Part shown: positions 53,954 through 64,000 of the stretch, one piece after another
How positions within the stretch are numbered: the stretch's first letter is position 1
How the letters are laid out: each line of letters opens with the position of its first letter
DNA from: Yuukianura sp. NJ FZ-2021
Lineage: Eukaryota
Reading direction: 5' to 3'
Assembly (NCBI GenBank): GCA_046563655.1
Contig: CM102284.1
Span: forward strand, 558,001-622,000
DNA length: 64,000 nucleotides
Notes under the pieces: generated by a model
Databases searched by the model: none
Told to the model about the DNA's origin: nothing
What the model saw: only the letters and a program-made list of their open reading frames with translations
Position numbers and translations under genes: made by a program

Positions 53954-56900
53954 ATGTCAAAGTTTGTCATCGTAACGTGTCTCCTCAGCGTATCTCACTT
54001 TTCATTTGGACGTCGAGCTGTCGGTAAGTTAACCAAACTAATTAAAATAATCGTTAATTAACATAAGATTTAGTTAGCCTAACCTTTAAGTAGTCCAAGA
54101 TGAAACAGTAGTTAACATAACATTCCTTAGAATCTAAGATTTAACATTTAGTTAAGTAGGTTGATGATTCACCCTAACATTTCTCGTGTTCTAAATAACT
54201 TTGGACTCATTGTTCTAAATTTTGAAAAAGAGAAAGGGAACTTTACGTCCTCCAAGATACAAATTTCCAGGGTTCTGATTGGCTCCTGGAAATTCGGTCA
54301 CACTCTGCTTTCTTTCGGTCCACGTAACAATGCACAATTAACAATTAACATGCAACAATGTTACTATTATGTTACATTGTAGTTAAACTACATTTAAGTT
54401 ACATTTAAAGTACTTGTACATTGTGTACTGCTTTTTAGAGTCTTCTGCGCATTCAATTTTTCGCTTTTGCGCATCTATGTCAAATATATCCTCATTGTCA
54501 TAAATGCTAAACACAACAGCTTTTTACAAGTGCTTAACACGGAAGTGTGTCAATGACATTCAAATTTTTTTTGGAGTTCATTCACACCATCATGGTATGT
54601 CCCAAAATTGGACCCCTTGTCCAGGACATGTCAACTTTTGAGACCATTTGGTCATAGACCAGTCCAGGTCAAAGTTAATGACCTTGACTCCAAATTTGAA
54701 AATTCCCGCAGCTAAGCTCTCCAAAATGTCTGCTTATGATTAAATTTTCTTTGACTTTTGTACAATTTTTTTTTGTATTGAAGTTATTTTCGTTTTTGGC
54801 GGAGCGTTTAGAGCTGATCCGGAGCGGAAGTAGGAATTTGAAGTTTACGAATTAGAAATGATTAATTTTGGATATAAAATAATTATACAAATTAACATTT
54901 CTATTGAACATGAACATGAAAAAGCTTGTTCCTCTTTCGTTTTTCAACCGAGATGGAAAGGATGCTCTACTTTCTTCCTCTTTGTGAACTCAATTCTCTC
55001 CTTGGCGTTTCAAACTCGTTTTTCCACTGCAAAAACCAAAGCCAATCTAAATCTTAGGCTATGATCTGGTTGTGTTCTGTTTCTCACATGACTCATGACC
55101 CAGACCTGACCCCCTGACCCCCCAAACATGACCCCCTTACCCCTCCCACCCACAAAACAACGCCCCGTGACCCCCTCCCCTCACACAAATTACGATTTTG
55201 GCGGTAAGGGGCTCGAAAATTCAAAAATCGAGACAAAAAGTTAACGAAAAGCTCATGTTGAATTTCAAAACTTGGGGTGTTCCGGTGCGAGAAACGGAAC
55301 GGAACTTATTTCGTTTCGTGTCCGCTTCCACATTTCTTGGAAACGACGGTTCCATTTAAAATGCTGAATGCGATGCGTGTTTACAGAAATCCGTACAGAA
55401 ATGTGTAGAAATGCGTTTCAAGTTTCATTTCGTGTCGTTCCGTCTCGTTTCCGTTTTTCAATTTTTAACCATGGCTTAAAAATAAGAAAACGTTTCATTT
55501 TCAAAAAACTCAGTTGCAGTGCCGTTTCCGTTTGCTCGTGGAAACGGAACGGAACGGAACTTGAACAACCTTATCCAAAACTGTTTTTTTCAAACTGGAT
55601 TTTTTTTTGGAAAATCCGGAACTAAATGTTTTTTATTATTACACAGGGGTACTTGTGAATCCAGAAGACGTGGAGACCCCTGCTCACCGTGCCTTGCTAA
55701 GGGCCCTTGACCTCCACAACTTCACTCGTTATGACATTCCTGCTGGTACCCTTGGGGTCAAGGGCTCCTCGTCCAGTACCCTTCGAGGGCTATGTCAAAT
55801 CCTGTCCCACGGAGTCATTGGCCTCTTCTCAACGTCTTTGTCCCCCCTCGTCTCTTCAACTGCATCGACCTTTGACCTGCCCTACTGCACCCCCACGAAG
55901 TGGGAAAGTGGACCACCCAATGGACTGTCCACGGGCATGACCAAAGGTCACTGGAGAAAGCTGCTCCGTGACCTTGTGGCTCACTTTGACCCTGGATCGG
56001 TGGCGATCTTTTATGAGGATCGGGAGGGATTGTCCCAACTCCAAACACTTCTGGAACAACCCAGTCCGGTCGACAGAGTTTTTGTGCAGAACTTGGCCGA
56101 TCCAGTAGGATATAGATTTTATTTTATTATTTTAATATTATATACTTAATAGTTTATTAATATTTTTTTCATGTAAAGGTAGGAGCTCTGCGATTGGTGC
56201 GTGACCGTGTGAGGACAATTTTAGTCAGTTGCTCATTGGCTATGGTCAAGGAACTGCTAAAGAAAGCTGTCAAACTGGACATGCATGACCATCATTTCAT
56301 TTTGACCAATTTGGATGTCCAGCAATTAGATGCGTCCGAATTTTCAAATGTCAACATCACCGCCTTTCGGCTCGTACCGCCAAATTTAATGGTTGGCAAC
56401 TTTTCAAAAAAAATCGAATCGATTTTCAAAAAAAAACGGAAATTTTGAAACTTTTTTTGAAATTTAGACCAAAGAGGCGCTGGTGCTGGACTGCGTCGAA
56501 GCGTTTGCGCTTGGTTTGAGTTCGCTTCCAGCCCCAATCAGCGCCGAAAGCTTGTCGTGTGAAGGTGGACCAAAACCGTGGTCACAAGGGCTCACACTCA
56601 TCAACTACATTTCGTCGGTAACATACTTGACCTTAAAGTTGACCTTTGACCTTGAAATTGACCTTTTGACCTTTGCAGGTCGATTTCAAAGGAAAGAGTG
56701 GTCGGGTGACATTTCGTGAAGGCGACCGTTCTTCTCTCACTCTCCAGCTACTGCGACATGGGCGACATGGTCTGACTGGTGTTGGTCAGTGGTCGTCTTA
56801 TCGTGGACTGAACATCACACATCGCTTTTACGACGACATGTCGCTTCGGAATGTCACTTTGGTCGTGACGATGGTCGTGGAGACACCCTATGTCATGCAA

Positions 56901-59280
56901 GTTCCAAACAAAACGGGCAATGCAAGGTTCAATGGATTCTCAGTTGAACTGCTCGAACTACTTTCCCGCCAACTTGGATTTAAATACATTCTGGAATTCG
57001 ACACCAAATATGGAGCGTATGACCCTGATAGTGGGTAGGTCATTGACCTTTCATTTTCAACCAGAAGGTCATTGACCTTTGCTTTTGAACTAGAAGGTCA
57101 CTGACCTTTGCTTTTCAACCAGAAGGTCATTGACCTTTGCTTTTCAACCAGAAGGTCATTGACCTTTGCTTTTGAACTAGAAGGTCACTGACCTTTGCTT
57201 TTCAATTTGAAGGTCATTGACCTTACAACAACTATAAACTCGACTTTCAATTCGATTTTTTTAGAGAATGGAACGGCGTTGTGCGAAAACTGATTGAGAG
57301 AGTAAGTTTTTGAGTATTTTTTTTTTTGAAAAAGAGTGAAAACTGAAATTCATAAAACAATTTTTTATTTGGAAATTTTAGAAGGCTGACCTTGCCATTG
57401 GGTCAATGACTATAAATCATGCAAGAGAAAGCGTGATTGACTTTACAAAGGTAAATGCGTTACATTGGTCCAATTTCAGAGAAAATTTCTCCCAGCATTC
57501 CTTTCAAAATTAAAAAAAACGAAAAGTTTCAAAAAATGCTTCGATTTTTTTAAAAGCCGTTCATGCACTTGGGGATTTCGATTTTGTTCAAAGTGCCAAC
57601 TCGCCCTACGCCTGCGCTCTTCTCATTTCTGAATCCACTCGCAGTGGAAATCTGGTTGCTAATTCTGTTCGCATACGTCTGCGTATCTCTCACAATGTTT
57701 CTAGTTTCCCGCTTTTCACCTCACTCAGAAGCGGAACACTTTGGACTCGCAAATGCATTTTGGTACCCCGTAGGTAAGTTAACCTAGCATAAACTAACAT
57801 TACATAGTACCTTAACATACTCTGGTACCTTTTAGGTACCCTCATGCAGCAAGGTTCAGATCTCAACCCTAGAAAAACTTCTACGCGCCTTGTGGCAGGA
57901 GTTTGGTGGTTCTTCTCACTCGTTATCGTATCTTCTTACACTGCAAATTTGGCAGCATTTTTGACCGTCGAGAGAATGTCAACGCCAATTGAGTCTGCGC
58001 AGGACTTGGCAGAACAAAGTGAAATTGCATACGGAACGCTTGATTCAGGTTCTACAATGGCATTCTTCAGAGTAAGAGCACAATTAGCCACACGCGCTTT
58101 TGGCGCGTAGATCAAAAATCTGCAGAATTCAATACCCTTGTTGAAATTTTGAATTCCAGGATTCCAAAATGGAAACTTTTCAGAGAATGTGGAGGTTCAT
58201 GGAGTCCAGACGCCCTTCCGTGTTTGTTTCCACCTACGAAGAGGGAATCCAGCGCGGTATTTATACTTTTATATATTATACTTTATATATTAATTTTTCA
58301 TTATTATACATATATTTTCGGTATCCTTCTTTCCAGTTCTGGAAGGAAAGTACGCTTTCCTCATGGAATCTGCTATGATCGAGTACATTGTACAGCAAAA
58401 CTGCAATTTAACCCAAATTGGGGGGGAACTGGATTCAAAAAGTTACGGAATTGCAACGCCTATTGGTAAGAAATTTCAAAAAAAAAGATCGATTCACACA
58501 CTGTATATTGCAAGAAAAAAAAGTGAAAAATTACGTCGTTGGAGTGGGATTTGAACCCATACCTCACCATTCCGGCCTAATCGCTCTCACCATTGAGCTG
58601 CCAATCCACAGTTGCAGTACCTTCCTACTCTCAAATCCTACTTTTTAGCCGAAACAAAATGTTCAAACTGGTTTCAAAATTTGTAAAATTTTGAAACAGG
58701 TTCTCCATGGCGGGATAAAATCTCGTTGGCCATTTTGGAAATGACGGAGAAAGGAATCATCCAGAGATTGAGGACAACTTGGTGGAAACATAACACGACT
58801 GGAGGTTGCTCCTCTGATGACCTACGCAAGAAAAAAGAGGCGTCTGCTCTTGGAGTCGATAGCATTGGTAACAAAAATATTCAAAATTCCAAAATTTTCA
58901 AAATTTTTAAAATTCAAGTTGCTGTTTAAGGTGGAGTCTTTGTGGTTTTGATTGTGGGCTTATCAGTGGCTGTAGTTGTAGCCATTTTTGAATTTTGTTT
59001 TCACGCCCAACGGAACTCGAGTTCAATTTGTTCAGAGATGGCACGAGAAGCGAGATTTGCAGTTCGTTGTCGTGGGAAACGCCGTCCAGCACTTCATCGT
59101 CACTGCGCAAGTTGTTCCGACGGAAAAGAGGAAACACCGCGCAGGCGTGCGTTTCACGACTACAACACTTACCCACACACGCATGAGCATCGACAAGTCA
59201 ACGGAAACGGTGAAATCCCACCCCCAATTTACACACATCCACTCAGCAGTGGACAATCAGGAAGCCGTTATGAAGACTAA
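53954..59280 (+). CDS. Ionotropic glutamate receptor, kainate-type (resembles the Drosophila CG11155 group)
   Basis: Signal exon [23 protein letters not shown] (53954-54023) is in phase with 55647. Amino-terminal domain, [34 protein letters not shown], pore [40 protein letters not shown]4 [11 protein letters not shown]; stop at 59280. Confidence 0.93.
57037..57223. repeat. 29-bp tandem repeat x7, each unit containing a perfect AGGTCA-N-TGACCT (IR1) palindrome
   Basis: IR1 starts at 57037, 57066, 57095, 57124, 57153, 57182 and 57211, within an iGluR intron. Confidence 0.95.
58510..58600 (-). mobile_element. tRNA-derived SINE-like head, copy C (iGluR intron)
   Basis: Reverse complement CAGCTCAATGGTGAGAGCG...GGGTTCAAATCCCACTCC followed by a T-run. 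Confidence 0.55.
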
Positions 59281-59519
59281 CATGATTAGTCTATGCTAAA
59301 TAAATTAATATATTAATATACTTAAAATTATATTAATATGAATAACAATATATTAATATAAGTAGTACAACACAAAAAATCTTAGGTACTCAACTGGCCT
59401 AACAAAGGCAGTATCTCATCAAATCGAAATTTTAGGTATGGAATTTTCGGTATTTATTTAGCGGTATTTCATGTAGGTACTATGTAATTTATTGATTTCG
59501 GTATCTTGGCTTAATGTTG

Positions 59520-59641
59520 TGAGGTTTACGGGCTCACATGACTTGAGAGACAAAGAATGCCAGTGTGAAAAAATAAAGAGCCGAGTGGGATTCGAACCCA
59601 CATCTCTCCATTCCGGGAAGAGCTCTAACCATTGACCTATC
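59520..59641 (-). mobile_element. tRNA-derived SINE-like element, copy D
   Basis: Reverse complement TAGGTCAATGGTTAGAGC...GGGTTCGAATCCCACTCGG, T-run, tail TTCTTTGTCTCTCAAGTCATGTGAGCCC. Confidence 0.7.
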
Positions 59642-59818
59642 ATGCTCTAATCACAGAAGATTGAGTTGGAAGGCAGGGAATATGCCAAGCACCACAAATT
59701 TAATGTTGCATACTTAAAAACTTTTATTTTACAAACTATAGTTAAGATTTTTTTGTTAAATGTTATTAACTATAATATAAGTTAAATTTTTGGTGATATT
59801 TAAAACTGTTTTAAAAAT

Positions 59819-61934
59819 TTACCTATGAGACACAATCATTTCACACGGTAGAGGTGTAACTACAATTCCATCACAGTGCTCAATCGATACTTTTTCAGAA
59901 TCCTGTGCTCTGCAGTTGAATTTTTGGTAAAAACTTGTAGTAAACAGAAAAATTTCTTCAATTGCAAAACTTTCTCCAGGACACACGCGTTTTCCAAGAG
60001 AAAACTGCAGCACATTTTCACTTCTAACGAAACATCCATCGTCATCTAAGAATCTCTCTGGACGGAAAGTGTCAGGGTCACCCCAAACGTCGGGGTCAAA
60101 GTGCAAATCATACAAATTGGACAAAACTATCGTGTTTTTTGGAATTTCATATCCACAGAATTGAGTATCTTCCAAAGTATTCCGAATTGAGCCGAATGGT
60201 CCTAAATTGCTAAATCGGAGACTTTCGGTGATAACTGCCATTGTGTAGTGCATTGACCTTCGGTCGTCCAATGTTGGTCGGTTTTTAGTTCCAATGACTT
60301 GGTCAATTTCATGCTGCAACTTTTTCTGAACTTGGGGATATTTTATGAGATAAAGAAAAATCCAGGACTGGAGAGACGCTGCCGTGTCGGTGGCGGCGGC
60401 AAACAAATCCATGATTACTTGCATAACTTCTTCACGCTCATAATGAAAACTTGAAGTTTCATCGCTTGTTTTGTACACATGATCCATGTAGGCATCTACA
60501 AAGTCACGCGGTCGGTTTCGCATGTACGACAAACTGTGATTTTCAAATTCCCGCCTCAAAAATGCCCTTGTTTGAGCTAATCCGTCTGAACATTCCTTGA
60601 AATGTGTTAAACTTGGAAACAAATTGCGTAACCACGGCATAAAACTTCCGAAACTGATGACTTTCAACGGTTGTCCGGTCCTGTATCAAAAAAATAATTT
60701 TTATAATATAATATAATTATATTATAAATATTAATAACGCAGTATGGAATTTACGGTGACGTCACTTTTTAAACTTTTCGGATTTCCAAAACTTTGCCAT
60801 AAATGAGAAAAGTTACTAAATTGTATACTTTCTATAAATTTTAAAAACGAATAGAAGCGCAAACTCCCTAATATATTAAAAACAGAAATAAAATATTTGT
60901 GTACTAATGAAATTTTAAGTTTTTGTGTGTGTCCGTACTCTTCCAAGTGCTTAATGGATAAGATCAGTGCAGGATCAGCTTTGTCAATGTTGATGCTGAA
61001 CAGGATACGGAGAATGACGCTTGCGTAGTACACTCCAGGAAATCCTCGCACTTGGATTGGCTGTCCGATTCTGTCTGTGACGTCACTGAGCATGTCCGAG
61101 ACTTGTGATTGGACGATTTGTTCTATCGCCGTTGGAGAAATCGGTCCGTAGTTGCCAAGTTTCTTGATAGTAAATTTCCTCTGTTCTGCCCATCCTCTGT
61201 TCTGGTTGAAAATGACGCCTGTGCAGAACAGGGTTTCCGAATTTAAAAATTTGGCATGTCTTTCGCTACTTATGTACGCCGTTTAAAAAAATTTGGCGTT
61301 TCCGGTACTACTTCGTTTACATTTTTCTTTTCAAAATGTAATTTTTGAAAAATTTTTTAAAAAAGTTTGGAAAAGTTGTAGTTACCTTTATGATCTCCTC
61401 CACAAAAGGCGTTGTACATCATAGTGCTTCTGGGTTTTCCAGCAAACTGGTCCATGTTGGCCATTTGTCTAATGATCTTGGCATCATGTAGTACCATTAC
61501 CCTTAAGTATAAATAATTAAATAAGATAACTAATTGAAAAAATTATTTAAATTAACAAGGTTTTTGAAAATGCATGACTGGTTTTAGCACATACTTGAAA
61601 TTCCCGAATCGAAGGCCTATGATTGGTCCATAAGTTTTTTTCCACCTTGACAAAGTTTCGTATGATTTGTTTGTTAGAAGTGGTAAGTGTCCGAATACCG
61701 GGAAACTAGGAGGACCTAAAGGATATTAAAAATATATAAATAAAAGTATATTAATATAAAATATACCAATACAACTAATTCATAAAGTTGTGTATTTAGA
61801 ACTGTATACAAATTAATATTGTGCTATATAGGTTTCTTACCTGGTGGAAATTTGCTTTCCTGTTTGCTGATTTGCTTGATCAAAAAAACTATCACGAGCA
61901 TCAGCCCGTAGAATCCAAGTAGCTCCGTTACCAT
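59819..61934 (-). CDS. Cytochrome P450, CYP2 clan
   Basis: Exons about 61841-61934, 61595-61715, 61387-61502, 60939-61219, 59819-60680. Membrane anchor plus FPPGP, WAEQRKF, PRDFVDAY, K-helix ESLR, FRPERF, heme motif FSLGKRVCPGE. Confidence 0.93.
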
Positions 61935-63427
61935 TATGTATTTTCCTCTACACCAACCAACAGAAAATTAATATATTATAATAAAAATATGTAATATGCA
62001 ATATTACAATATATAAATATATCAGTAACTATTTAATAAGATTTTGCTTACAATTTATTGGTTCTTTTCTTTTCTAACTTGTTTGAAAACCAACACAAAT
62101 TAAAATATATCTACTTTAATATATTACAATTTTCCTAAACGCTGGGTTTTCCCTTGCTCACTTTGTTGCTAATGGAAACACTTATGGAAAAAGTATTTAT
62201 ATATTTTATAAATTATAAATAAATTTAATCAAATTGTGGGCCTAGAAGGTGTGTCTTTTGTCAGTTGTTGAATGACGGAGTAACCCAAAGTAAAGTCAAA
62301 TATCCACGTAACGACTAATCGTGCGAGACAATTGAAATGCAAATATTCTGATAAACGTTTCATTTCAAGTGGAAATTCGCTACTGATTAAAATAACAAAG
62401 GAATTGAGAAGTGACGCGATTTTGAAAAGTAAAAGCTGTATGAAGGGTATCAAAATTTTAAACTTCAGATGACGTGAACTATTTCAAAAAAAATATCAAA
62501 AACTGGACTTACTGTGAAATTTTTTTTTTCTAATTTAACAAAAAACTAACCTTTGCCTAACTTTTTACCCAAAAAAAAGTCACTTTGTTTTTATTTTAAA
62601 TAATTTCTGATGGTCAAAATTTTTGGTTGAATGTTAGCTCGAGTTTTGAATTTCAAATGTTCACATTTGAAATTGAACTTTTTTCGGGGTATGATGAGAC
62701 GAACGGGCGATTTTTTGAAAAAAGTAGGTCACAAACAAATTAGCAGGAACGTAAAGTGTTAGTAAGAGTACTGGATATGTAATTATATAAATATTTAAAG
62801 TTAATAATGCATTAGTTAAATCAATATACTTCATTCTGTACACTTCTTTTTTGCACATTGTACTCTTCTGGACAATTGCGTAGTGGATGACATAAATTTT
62901 CCATCAGTTTTATCCAATTTTGTTTACGCAGATTTTCCACTTGTGAAATTACGTGCCACTGCTATCAAAATCTCTCAAAAAAAAAACTCTGAAGTTGTAC
63001 AGAACGGAAGTTTCTGTACAGAAAGTCAAAAAAAGAATTGACCTCACTGAGGAAAAATGCAACTTAAAAACAACAAGTTGACATTACTTTACTCTTAATC
63101 ACATCATTTCCTATTACATAATTTAAATAACACACAGACAAGATGACTAGAATGAATAACGCAGTTTTCGCTACTTAATAATTAATTGCCACTTGCGTAA
63201 TTAAGGAAATGTAAACTTAACTTTTTTTTAATGAATTTAACTTTCTTTCGTTTCTTACTTTTTCCTTGTCTGTTGCTATTTTTTCCCCACATCCTTTTCC
63301 TGCGTTTCTCCTAAAATTTAGAATTGCGAAAGTTTATTAACAGTCAAAACTAAATTTATTTTTACCAGTCGTTATTTAGTTGTGATTTTTAAAAGTTGAA
63401 CAAAAAATTTGAAATTACAAAGAGAAA

Positions 63428-63958
63428 ATGGCGATTCTTGTTCATTCAACAGCCTTTTTCGCTAAAACTCTGTGTTGCCTAGCAGTCGTTACATTCGTTA
63501 ATGCAAGAGTCTCAAACTTTAATGTAAGTTTGTTAATGTAATATAAATACAAGTATAAAATATAATATAAAATAATATATATAAATCGTAATAGTATGAA
63601 AAAATGGTTTGTTCAGGGCGACAACGATGTTGGTGCGGGAGATTTGAAACCACGGTGGAAGACGACTCTGCCACCAAGCTGGCTTCCGGCATTTCCCGGA
63701 AGAGAATTCGGTGAATACGAAGAGTATATAACAACGTACAAGCCAGTGACACCACGAACTTGGACGTACAAAACTTCAAGTACGGAAAGGTCAACTGAAA
63801 GGTCAACGACCTTTGACCCCTGGCTGACCTCTACTGACTTTTACTATGGCGGGGATTCGACCACTCCCGTTCCAAAAGCAAAACCACTTCCCTGGTACAA
63901 GAAATTCGGAAATTACGTCAAAAAACAGTACAACACAGTCAAGGAAAAAATTGGCTAA
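63428..63958 (+). CDS. Small secreted Thr/Pro-rich protein of unknown family (~145 aa)
   Basis: Signal-peptide-like exon 63428-63523 (MAILVHSTAFFAKTLCCLAVVTFVNA) splices in phase 0 to 63617-63958. Confidence 0.55.
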
Positions 63959-64000
63959 AAGTGACGTCTTCCCAGAACTGAAATTTTCAAAAATTTTACA

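Noticed and set aside
55270-55575. CGGAA-rich segment as a MITE in iGluR intron 1
   Set aside because: It is probably repeat-derived, but terminal inverted repeats and a TSD could not be defined.
57037-57223. Palindromic 29-bp repeat as a possible CRISPR array
   Set aside because: The units are directly adjacent and near-identical, with no unique spacers.
57838-57860. Q/R RNA-editing site of the iGluR
   Set aside because: The genomic codon is the ordinary Gln (MQQG), and I saw no convincing complementary intronic sequence.
59575-59641. tRNA gene candidates (also about 22012, 38960, 49770, 58540)
   Set aside because: A/B boxes are present but I could not form convincing acceptor and anticodon stems; shared non-tRNA tails indicate SINE-like repeats.

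Overview
AT-rich, intron-containing eukaryotic DNA from an arthropod. The small introns, palindrome richness and gene families suggest a springtail or other basal hexapod; this is inference and unverified. I spliced gene models by eye using GT/GC-AG boundaries and reading-frame continuity. In order, the window holds: flotillin-2 (-) with three complete antisense genes nested in three different introns (a Task7-type K2P channel and two GMC oxidoreductases); PP4 catalytic subunit (+); a 7TM chemoreceptor-like gene (+); a modular serine protease (+); about 7.8 kb with no recognisable gene but a long near-perfect palindrome; an unusually short Rod/KNTC1 (-); a nest of MITEs; a secreted beta/gamma-crystallin-like gene (+); a C2H2 zinc-finger gene (-) head-to-head with a kainate-type glutamate receptor (+); a clan-2 cytochrome P450 (-); and a small secreted Thr-rich protein (+). 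The most notable observations are the triple nesting in flotillin-2, a 29-bp tandem array of seven perfect IR1 (ecdysone-response-type) elements in the iGluR intron, a ~1,370-aa Rod that keeps both ends but seems to lack much of its middle, and a tRNA-derived SINE family with a fold-back relative. No CRISPR array or prokaryotic system is supported.
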